The notes beneath the pieces were generated by a model, which made no database searches, was not told the DNA's origin, and saw only the letters and a list, made by a program, of their open reading frames with translations. A stretch of 10,425 nucleotides of DNA, taken from NCBI RefSeq assembly GCF_002682985.1, contig NZ_MKGN01000008.1:1-10425 (forward strand), in the 5' to 3' direction. The stretch is from Candidatus Tremblayella phenacoccinincola. Its GTDB lineage: Bacteria; Pseudomonadota; Gammaproteobacteria; Burkholderiales; Burkholderiaceae. This document shows positions 1 through 7,070 of the stretch, piece by piece. Made by a program: the position numbers and the translations under genes. Position 1 is the first letter of the stretch. The number at the start of each line of letters is the position of its first letter.

Positions 1-216
1 TAGTGGAGTTAGGGTCAGTAGTAAACAGAAGAGGATGTTTGTGAGGGAGTATGTGTGGGAACTCTCAGTAGGAAAGGTATCCCGGAGAAGGTTGGGGTGG
101 AAAGCAGTAGTATGTTCTGCTGTCAGTCTGTTCATTGTTTCGTTAGCTTCGTTAGCCTCATACATATACGATAGCCTCATCATACATACTTTAAGGCTGT
201 TCTCCTAGACTATCAA

Positions 217-237
217 CCCTCCTCCCTCCTCCCTCCT
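217..237. repeat. Perfect 3x tandem heptamer CCCTCCT
   Basis: Read directly: ccctcct at 217-223, 224-230 and 231-237. It lies in the unassigned spacer downstream of the tmRNA 3' end. Confidence 0.9.
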
Positions 238-343
238 AGTAGCTATATTACTATGATAAAGATAAACAAGTACACTGCAGCTTTGTTGGTAGTTCTCTGT
301 GGACATCTGTTTGGAAAGGCCTCTAGAACCACATATCAGGAAG

Positions 344-633
344 TGGAGATGGTGGGACTCGAACCCACGTCCAAAAGCATACCTCGATTAGCTCTACATG
401 TTTAATCTTACGCTATATATTCCAAAGCACTACACATATATTTCAGAAGAAGCTTTAGACCCTGTTTCTTTGTTCTAATGTGTAACAGCTGTCATTAGAT
501 ACTAACTTAAACCTCTTCTTGTTTGCGGTTGTTTCTTCTTCGTTTACTTAAGGAACACCTTTGACCTCGAAGATAGATCAAATACACATGCACTAACCTC
601 TCTTTAGCTTTTGTCGAATCCTTTGACACCCCC
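344..633 (-). ncRNA. ssrA: tmRNA (transfer-messenger RNA, SsrA), short form of about 290 nt
   Basis: The minus strand read from 633 to 344 starts GGGGGTGTCAAAGGATTCGACAA (E. coli ssrA: GGGGCTGATTCTGGATTCGACGG). It ends GGACGTGGGTTCGAGTCCCACCATCTCCA (E. coli: GGACGCGGGTTCAACTCCCGCCAGCTCCA). The 7-bp acceptor GGGGGTG/CATCTCC contains the G3:U alanine-identity pair. The T-arm is GTGGG-TTCGAGT-CCCAC. The 3' CCA is not encoded, because the next bases are CTT. The tag reading frame is not resolved. Confidence 0.88.
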
Positions 634-742
634 AGATATTCTTTACTAGCAGTTCCTATAAACATCTTAACTCTATAGGCTAGCACATGATGAGACCTAA
701 ACTGAACCAACCAATCCATCAACTTCAACAACCGTTAACCCA

Positions 743-1576
743 ATGGAACAAACAACCACAGCAGAAGATATGAACAATATACTAAAGTGGTTAAGTAAGA
801 TAAAAGGTAAAGTGTTGGTTCTTGTTACTTCAATAATAGTTTTAGTTATCCATGCTTTTACATTGAATTCGTCAGAAGCGTGTATTATTGACAACGAGGG
901 ACTTGATATGGTTCATCTTAACTACGAATACTCCAAAGCTTTTCCAACCACACCCACAGCCACATCCAATACAGAAGCTAGGACCAACCAGTTAACAAGC
1001 GTTGCTCCAAAAGAACATAGTAATGAGAATGACTGGTTAAACTCTGTTGTAGGTTCATCCATCGATTCCAGTGAAACAGAACAGCTAATAACCACTGACA
1101 AACGTGCTGCTATCCGAGAACTGATGGATAGTTTGGACATACCGAAAGCTATCTATTCAATAATGCACAACATCATTACCCAAATCAAACAGTTAATCCC
1201 AATAATTGAGTCTGACATCTTATCTGAAAAACAAGTAAGCTTCACTCAAAGAGACAGGCTCATGCAAACACTACAAAAGTATTGTGAGAAAGATATATGC
1301 AACAACTCAATAGAAACTTTAAAAACCCCAGACTTCTGGAACAATGCAGTTAGTGCACAATGTTCAGCTTTCTCCAGATATTACACCATTGAAGAAATAA
1401 AAGACCTAACTACATTTTACAAAAGCAACGTAGGTAAGAAATATCTAAACGTACGTTCTCAAGTTGGTCATGATATAATGGAAGAGCTGTTGAGAAAATA
1501 TGTTTCGGAAGTATTAAGGAATGTTCGAACCGAAGTTGAAAAGGAAGTGAGAACCCTATTAAATACCATCGAATAA
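743..1576 (+). CDS. Exported or membrane-anchored hypothetical protein with a C-terminal DUF2059-like domain
   Basis: A 277-aa ORF with no competing gene. The N-terminus has a basic stretch followed by a hydrophobic helix (KIKGKVLVLVTSIIVLVIHAF), with a possible SEA|C signal-peptidase site. A Thr/Pro/Ser-rich linker follows (PTTPTATSNTEARTNQLTS). The segment FSRYYTIEEIKDLTTFYKSNVGKKYL matches the recalled DUF2059 (PF09832) signature y..fT.eEl..l..FY.Sp.GkK.l. The start could instead be the ATG at 770. Confidence 0.65.
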   Translation: MEQTTTAEDMNNILKWLSKIKGKVLVLVTSIIVLVIHAFTLNSSEACIIDNEGLDMVHLNYEYSKAFPTTPTATSNTEARTNQLTSVAPKEHSNENDWLNSVVGSSIDSSETEQLITTDKRAAIRELMDSLDIPKAIYSIMHNIITQIKQLIPIIESDILSEKQVSFTQRDRLMQTLQKYCEKDICNNSIETLKTPDFWNNAVSAQCSAFSRYYTIEEIKDLTTFYKSNVGKKYLNVRSQVGHDIMEELLRKYVSEVLRNVRTEVEKEVRTLLNTIE

Positions 1577-1579
1577 AGA

Positions 1580-2629
1580 ATGCATCCCTGCAACACCAAT
1601 TCTCACTTACGTTACTTTCGCTATCGCATAGATCTGGTGGACAAGGTACTAGTTAAACTATTGGAAACCCGCATTAAGGTAGCTACAAAAGTTGGTAGAG
1701 TTAAGATAACATTGAGCTCTCCGATAACGAACTCTTCAAGGGAAAGGCAAGTAATAAGTAATCTGATTAGTAGCTGTATGGCAGTCAATATACTAAAGGT
1801 TAAAGATCTTAGGGAAGTCTGGAAAAGAATTATCAGTATAAGTAAAAGAAGCGAAGGACACTCTGTTACTTCTTTTTATGGTTCTCCAGGAAGCCACACA
1901 CACTCTGTAATGGATAGTTGTTTCGATATGACAACGGTGAGCTTTCCATTCTCTCTGATAGATGAGACACCATTTATTATATATAGTAGCCTGAACACCA
2001 GATTACCATTCAGAAACAACTGTAGTGGATTGTTGCATACTGCTCTAGCCACTATGAACAACCATAACGTACATATCCAGAACTACATAAGTCATTGTAT
2101 AAGCCAACATTTAGTGTTAAGTCCTTCCAATAGGTATATATTGTCTGTTACTCAAACCCATGCGTACAATCAAACAAAACAATGGAACAGTAGAAACAGC
2201 CATACTATGTATACAATAATGAATACCTCAAAGGCTGCAAAGGTAAGCTGTATATGTAATAGCATGTTGTCCATTTCTGGTAGAAGCATTATCACTAAGT
2301 ATAGCATTGAAAGCTTAGACCCAATACAAGATCGCTGGAATAACAAAACCTCTTTTCTGGAATTACAACGTAAAGGTAGTCGCTTGTATATATGTAAGAA
2401 AGTACGATACATTCTTTTAACACATAGAACCAAAATATGTAGAGATATGCTGTTACTTCTGTTAGCTGTTATAAAACAAAACATCGATCTGTTGGAAAGT
2501 GGGGTAGTATATTACAAAAGACTGTTACTTTTATTATGTAAACGAAATGATAAGCTGTCTTCCAAAGCTTTAAGAATGATATCTATTAGCAAAAAGGTAG
2601 GCTTTTACACCAACAATAACTATATTTGA
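1580..2629 (+). CDS. pheA: Bifunctional chorismate mutase / prephenate dehydratase (P-protein), highly diverged
   Basis: The N-terminal chorismate-mutase pattern is LRYFRYRIDLVDKVLVKLLETRIKVATKVGRVK...RERQVISNL. The prephenate dehydratase region is colinear with E. coli PheA: FYGSPGSHTHSV ~ FLGPKGSYSHLA, LPFRNNCSGLL ~ VPIENTSSGAI, NTSKAAKV ~ STSAAMEKV, and NKTSF ~ NFTRF. An ACT-like tail follows. The TGA stop overlaps the aroA start. Confidence 0.85.
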   Translation: MHPCNTNSHLRYFRYRIDLVDKVLVKLLETRIKVATKVGRVKITLSSPITNSSRERQVISNLISSCMAVNILKVKDLREVWKRIISISKRSEGHSVTSFYGSPGSHTHSVMDSCFDMTTVSFPFSLIDETPFIIYSSLNTRLPFRNNCSGLLHTALATMNNHNVHIQNYISHCISQHLVLSPSNRYILSVTQTHAYNQTKQWNSRNSHTMYTIMNTSKAAKVSCICNSMLSISGRSIITKYSIESLDPIQDRWNNKTSFLELQRKGSRLYICKKVRYILLTHRTKICRDMLLLLLAVIKQNIDLLESGVVYYKRLLLLLCKRNDKLSSKALRMISISKKVGFYTNNNYI

Positions 2630-3936
2630 AATCTATCCTCACAAAGCCTTCAAGTAGAATTTATGGTGCAACAAGACAAGCTCCTGGTTCTAAAAGCATA
2701 TCTAATAGAATACTGCTCCTATCTTCTTTAACACCCACAAAAACCCAACTCAAGGACCTTCTAAACTCTGAAGATACCAACATAATGATAAATGCTACAT
2801 ATGCTTTTGGAGCAAGGGTTCAGCGTAGTCAACCAGAATGGTCTATCCATAAGCTAACGCTACTAACAAGCAAACATAGTGAGCTATTTCTAGGTAACTC
2901 AGGAACATCAGCAAGAAGTTTAAGTGCTATGCTTTCATGTTACCAAGGTAACTACTTTCTATACGGACTGCAGAGGATACATGAAAGACCGTTACAAGAT
3001 ATGCTGTTTAGCTTAAGAACTATAGGAACCAACATTAAACACTTGTTCAGGCCTTCCTGCTTACCATTGTTTATACGTCCTTTAGCAACGGTGAAAGACT
3101 CTATCAGAGTATTGCTTGATGGTAGTACATCGAGTCAGTATATAACAGCTCTCTTAATGGTTCTGCCTATGTACAAGAGAAAGCTCGGTAAAGGAATTAC
3201 CTTGTTAATTCATAGTATTGTTACTTCTAAACCGTACGTAACTATGACGTTGCTTTTATTGGAAAGGCTTGGTATGATAGTACATAGATATGGGTGGAAG
3301 CTTTTCTCAACATGCATTATAGCTAACCGATACACAGGTCCTTCATTCTGTATAGAAATGGATATATCATCAGCTTCATACTACCTCATATTGGGTCTGG
3401 TAAACCGAAGTAACTTGAAACTTCTTAGCATTTGTCTGTATAATGTTCAAGGTGACTTCTTCTTAGTGTGTATATTAAAGAGGATGGGATGTAGTATTCT
3501 GGTTTCAAGAAGTGACGTCAGTATATATAAACAAGCAAGAAAGCTACTCCCATTGAGAATAGCCTGTCATTCAATACCTGACGTTTCTATGGTTCTTCTT
3601 ATCGTAACCTTAATAACTGCCTGTAGTATTAGCCTAAGCGGCATAAGAAGCTGGAGACTTAAGGAAACTGATAGGCTGTTGGCAATGACTATGGAACTAA
3701 GAAAGCTTGGGGTAGTAGTCGAATGTGGAATTGACTTCATCTCTGCGTACTCTTTACCAACCAGTCATCTAAACAAAGACAGCACCATCAACATAAATAC
3801 TTATGGTGACCATCGAATAGCGATGTGTTTCGCTGTTATTAGTTCGCAAGGAGTTAACGTTAGAATAATGAACCATCAATGCATAAACAAAACCTTTCCT
3901 AGCTTTTATTATGTATTCAATAGCTTAGCTGGTTAG
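2626..3936 (+). CDS. aroA: 3-phosphoshikimate 1-carboxyvinyltransferase (EPSP synthase)
   Basis: Family motifs present: APGSKSISNR, LGNSGTSARSL, DGSTSSQYITALLM, SKPYV, DISSASYY, WRLKETDRL, GDHRIAMCF and NKTFP. The length of 436 aa is typical. The TTG start at 2626 gives an N-terminal length matching E. coli, and no in-frame ATG is available upstream of PGSKS. Confidence 0.95.
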   Translation: MKSILTKPSSRIYGATRQAPGSKSISNRILLLSSLTPTKTQLKDLLNSEDTNIMINATYAFGARVQRSQPEWSIHKLTLLTSKHSELFLGNSGTSARSLSAMLSCYQGNYFLYGLQRIHERPLQDMLFSLRTIGTNIKHLFRPSCLPLFIRPLATVKDSIRVLLDGSTSSQYITALLMVLPMYKRKLGKGITLLIHSIVTSKPYVTMTLLLLERLGMIVHRYGWKLFSTCIIANRYTGPSFCIEMDISSASYYLILGLVNRSNLKLLSICLYNVQGDFFLVCILKRMGCSILVSRSDVSIYKQARKLLPLRIACHSIPDVSMVLLIVTLITACSISLSGIRSWRLKETDRLLAMTMELRKLGVVVECGIDFISAYSLPTSHLNKDSTININTYGDHRIAMCFAVISSQGVNVRIMNHQCINKTFPSFYYVFNSLAG

Positions 3937-4027
3937 TGGATACAGGAGCACCAAACTAGATATCAGATGTCAGCTGTTAGTTCATTAAAGTATTATTAAA
4001 CATAGTTAACCTATAAAGCCTCCCGCT

Positions 4028-5587
4028 ATGAATGAGTATCTAGTCTTGCTTCAAGAATATTTCAAGTATTATGATGTCAGTTCCGGGTCTATAATATCTG
4101 CAACAGTCATAGCCATCAATAACAGGTTTGTAACTATTAGGACTGGTCTTAAGTCTGACACATGCATTCCAATTGAGGAGTTCCTTAACTATGTCAACGA
4201 ATTAGAGGTTAAAGTTGGTGTTCTTGTTCCAGTGTACATTGAAAGTCTTGAATCAAATGGCGGTAACATATCACTATCTAGAATCAAGTCAAAGAAGCTG
4301 ACAGCCTGGGTAGCTTTAGAGAAGTCCCTAAGCCATAAAGAATATGTTGTGGGGGTCATTGTTAACAGAGTGAAGGGAGGAATGACTGTGGTAGTTAATG
4401 GGTTGGCTGCTTTTCTACCTGGCTCTCTAGTTGACTTAAAACCAGTAAAAGATGCTGAGAAGTATGAAGGCAAGAGGTTTAAGTTTCACGTTATCAAGCT
4501 AGATAAGAAACGTAACAACATCGTTCTGTCTAGAAGGTCTGTTCTGGAATCTCATCAGCTTGAAAAACGTAAGAAGCTGTTCTCCTCTCTGAAAGAGGAC
4601 GTAGTGGTAAGAGGCACCGTTAAGAATATTACAGACTACGGAGCATTCATAGATTTAGGAGGCTTAGATGGGCTGTTGCATATAACTGATATCTCTTGGC
4701 GACGTATCAAACACCCTAGCAACGTCCTGTCCTTAGGAGACTTTGTTACAGTAAAAGTGCTTAAGTTCGATAGAATCAAAAAGCGAGTATCTCTTGGTTT
4801 AAAGCAACTACATAGTGACCCTTGGGATGGAGTTATAGAACGTTATCCACCTGGACATAAGGTAAGAGGTAAGATCACAAATATTGCGGACTATGGAGCA
4901 TTTGTAGAGATAGAACCCGGTATTGAAGGCTTAGTTCACATATCTGAAATGTACTGGAAGAATAAAAATACCTTACCAAACAAGTTACTAAAAATAGGAC
5001 AGCCTGTTAACGTTTCAATCATAGACATCTCCAAAACCAGACGCCGCATCAGCTTAGGAATGAAACAATGTATCTATAACCCCTGGTTAATATTCTCAAA
5101 GCTCTTCAGAAAGAACGACAGACTAGGCATCATTATTAGGTCCTTCGTGGATCTTGGGATATATGTAGACTTACCAATGTCAGTTAGTGGCCTGATCTAT
5201 TTACCCAGGTTCGTAAGAAAGAAGCTTTCTAACTATTTTAGTAATGGCGACGTATTAGAGACCACTGTTGTAAACATCGATAATAATTACAGTAAGGTCT
5301 CATTAATCTCAAGCAACATATTTAATGACAGGTTCTTTAGGTTTGTTGAATGTAAAGCTGGCTATGTATTCAAGAATGATAACTTAGCTAATTCGATGGC
5401 TGGTAATATCTATCACTTCAAAAGACCAGTCCATATAAAACAGAACGTATATACAACTTTAACCATAAACAGGACGTTACATTTTGTAAGCATGTTCTCC
5501 ACTAACAAACCACAACTTAAAAAAGCTCTTGATAATGCTATACTACGAGCTCTACATACTAAGAGACCAAAAGCCCATCATAACTAA
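4028..5587 (+). CDS. rpsA: 30S ribosomal protein S1
   Basis: Colinear with E. coli S1 through domains 1-4: GLKSDTCIP, AFLPGSLVD, KLDKKRNNIVLSRR, ITDYGAFIDLGGLDGLLHITDISW, VKVLKFDRIKKRVSLGLKQL, IADYGAFVEIEPGIEGLVHISEM and RRRISLGMKQC. Domains 5-6 are recognisable but much weaker. Confidence 0.95.
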   Translation: MNEYLVLLQEYFKYYDVSSGSIISATVIAINNRFVTIRTGLKSDTCIPIEEFLNYVNELEVKVGVLVPVYIESLESNGGNISLSRIKSKKLTAWVALEKSLSHKEYVVGVIVNRVKGGMTVVVNGLAAFLPGSLVDLKPVKDAEKYEGKRFKFHVIKLDKKRNNIVLSRRSVLESHQLEKRKKLFSSLKEDVVVRGTVKNITDYGAFIDLGGLDGLLHITDISWRRIKHPSNVLSLGDFVTVKVLKFDRIKKRVSLGLKQLHSDPWDGVIERYPPGHKVRGKITNIADYGAFVEIEPGIEGLVHISEMYWKNKNTLPNKLLKIGQPVNVSIIDISKTRRRISLGMKQCIYNPWLIFSKLFRKNDRLGIIIRSFVDLGIYVDLPMSVSGLIYLPRFVRKKLSNYFSNGDVLETTVVNIDNNYSKVSLISSNIFNDRFFRFVECKAGYVFKNDNLANSMAGNIYHFKRPVHIKQNVYTTLTINRTLHFVSMFSTNKPQLKKALDNAILRALHTKRPKAHHN

Positions 5588-5593
5588 AGGAGG
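5587..5593 (+). promoter_or_regulatory. Shine-Dalgarno AAGGAGG for rpsP
   Basis: aaggagg lies 5 nt upstream of the rpsP ATG at 5599. Its first base is the last base of the rpsA TAA stop. Confidence 0.6.
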
Positions 5594-5598
5594 TTCGA

Positions 5599-5862
5599 AT
5601 GTTAACTATTCGGTTTACTAGGAGAGGAGCAAGGAACATCCCGTTTTACAATATTGTAGTTGCAGATTCTAGAAGTAAACGAGATGGGAAGTTCATTGAA
5701 AAGATAGGCTTTTATGAACCTATAAACAAAGCTATTATGGTTGATACAGAAAGGCTAGGGTTCTGGGTCTCTAGTGGTGCTTTAGCTTCATGTGCAGTTT
5801 TGAAAGTAATTAAAAGGCTGCGTGTTAAACATGGTTCTCAACTTGGAAACAACAATGATTAA
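5599..5862 (+). CDS. rpsP: 30S ribosomal protein S16
   Basis: MLTIRFTRRGARNIPFYNIVVADSRSKRDGKFIEKIGFYEP matches the S16 N-terminal consensus (M v.IRL.R.G.k..PfYrIVvaDsR..RDGr.IE.lG.Y.P). A strong Shine-Dalgarno sequence lies upstream. Confidence 0.95.
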   Translation: MLTIRFTRRGARNIPFYNIVVADSRSKRDGKFIEKIGFYEPINKAIMVDTERLGFWVSSGALASCAVLKVIKRLRVKHGSQLGNNND

Positions 5863-6205
5863 CCGTCTCACTTTAGAGGAAGTGGAAAGAGAACTGTCTC
5901 CTACTCCCTGTTGCGATGCTTTTAAGATTAGTGTTGGAGATCTTATCATAATAGAAACCCTTAACCAATCAGACAAAAAGAAAAACCAATCCTTCGAGGG
6001 CATAGTTATTGCGAAAAGAAACCGTAGTAACAACTCTTCTTTCATCGTGCGAAAAGCTTCCTCTGGGTTTGGAATAGAGCGCACATTCCAGTTACATTCG
6101 CCTTTAATATCAAAGATCACAGTAAAGAAGTTCGGTAATGCTAAACGATCGAAGCTATATTGCTTACGACTGAATGTTGGTAAACCAATGGTGTTTAAGA
6201 AGTAA
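5855..6205 (+). CDS. rplS: 50S ribosomal protein L19
   Basis: QSFEGIVIAKRNRSNNSSFIVRKASSGFGIERTFQLHSPLISKITVKKFGNAKRSKLYCLR matches E. coli L19 ([61 protein letters not shown]). I place the start at ATG 5855 (MINRLTLEE..., 116 aa, against 115 aa in E. coli) rather than the track's 5822. This start overlaps the rpsP stop by 8 nt (ATGATTAA). Confidence 0.9.
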   Translation: MINRLTLEEVERELSPTPCCDAFKISVGDLIIIETLNQSDKKKNQSFEGIVIAKRNRSNNSSFIVRKASSGFGIERTFQLHSPLISKITVKKFGNAKRSKLYCLRLNVGKPMVFKK

Positions 6206-6212
6206 GACAGCT

Positions 6213-7043
6213 TTATTGGATGTAGCCTAGGTGTTTGCATATTGTTTTCACAACTGCACATTCGTTTAAAGTATATATATGAAGATCTGAAACCCCAAGA
6301 CTTATTAAGTTCTCACATAGCTTTAGAATAACATCAACTCCAAACTCAAGAACTGAACAGCTTCTGTCCTTCAGTGTTTTTAACCTTTTGACTATCCAAT
6401 ATGGAATATCTGCTCCACATAGATCCGAAAAGTATACTAGCTTATCGTAGCTAACTATTGGCATTATACCTGGAGTAATCGGAATCTTAACACCTAACTT
6501 ATAGGCATCCTCCAACAGTTTGTAATATGAGTCTGCGCTATAGGTATATTGGGTAATTGCTGAATCTGCGCCAGCCTCAACCTTTCTTACAAAGCTTTTA
6601 ATATCTTTTAGTATAGACGGGTTGCCAGGGTGTCCTTCTGGATATGCGGCTACATCAATATAGAAGAGCTCTCCATGTACACTTCGTATCAGCCTAACTA
6701 AGTCACTAGCATCTGTTGAGAAAGAGTCTTCTTTCAATCCTGGGGTATCACCCTTTAAAACAACAACATGTCGAATACCAACAGCTTTATAAAAGCTTAG
6801 CTCTTTCATTAGTTCTTGTTTTGGTGAAGTACATAGTATATGTGGGACAACCGAGTTAAAGAACCGTTTCATACTTACTATCAGGTCCAATTGGTTTCTT
6901 TTAAAGCTGCTACGACTATATGTTATAGAAACAAACCTTGGTAAAACACAAGCCAACTCCTTCTGTGTTTGCAACATCTTTAAGAACCCATAGTACGTTT
7001 TCGGAGGAGAGAACTCAAAAGAGATGTTAGGTAAGTTCTTCAT
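6213..7043 (-). CDS. metF: 5,10-methylenetetrahydrofolate reductase
   Basis: ISFEFSPPKT matches the MetF N-terminal SFEFFPP(K/R)T motif. Other MetF-like segments are FVSITY, HILC, VVVLKGD, YPEGHP, GADSAITQ, ITPGIMP and IYTLN. The length is 276 aa. Confidence 0.92.
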   Translation of the reverse strand: MKNLPNISFEFSPPKTYYGFLKMLQTQKELACVLPRFVSITYSRSSFKRNQLDLIVSMKRFFNSVVPHILCTSPKQELMKELSFYKAVGIRHVVVLKGDTPGLKEDSFSTDASDLVRLIRSVHGELFYIDVAAYPEGHPGNPSILKDIKSFVRKVEAGADSAITQYTYSADSYYKLLEDAYKLGVKIPITPGIMPIVSYDKLVYFSDLCGADIPYWIVKRLKTLKDRSCSVLEFGVDVILKLCENLISLGVSDLHIYTLNECAVVKTICKHLGYIQ

Positions 7044-7070
7044 TAACTTCTAACATAACCATAAACAGAT

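Noticed and set aside
1-120. 5S rRNA or RNase P RNA fragment at the left edge
   Set aside because: Short resemblances exist: ACAGAAG, AGTAGGAAA, AGGAAAG..CCCGG and CCCGGAGAAGG. They align to several mutually incompatible positions of these RNAs. The obligatory partners are missing, namely 5S helix II and the RNase P P4 3' strand ACAGAAnCCGG. I kept this only as an open question in the findings.
507-894. Track ORFs 507..731 (-) and 697..894 (-)
   Set aside because: The first lies largely on top of the well-supported tmRNA gene, and its C-terminus is just one reading of the tag region. The second is antisense to the 5' end of the DUF2059-like ORF. Neither has recognisable motifs or a ribosome-binding site.
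5438-5587. rpsA C-terminal tail as a fused remnant of the normally adjacent ihfB
   Set aside because: The tail aligns better with S1's own domain-6 end (INRTLHFVSM against KNRAISLSVR) and its C-terminal tail. The IHF-beta resemblance (KPQLKKALDNAIL) was weak and required gaps.
5822-5854. ATG at 5822 as the rplS start (as in the ORF track)
   Set aside because: It adds 11 residues with no L19 counterpart and a 41-nt overlap with rpsP. ATG at 5855 gives an E. coli-like length and the classic ATGATTAA coupling overlap.
5788-6261. 157-aa ORF antisense to rplS that also overlaps the rpsP and metF ends
   Set aside because: It is completely shadowed by strongly conserved L19 coding sequence on the other strand and has no family resemblance. 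Long antisense ORFs are expected opposite purine-rich coding strands.
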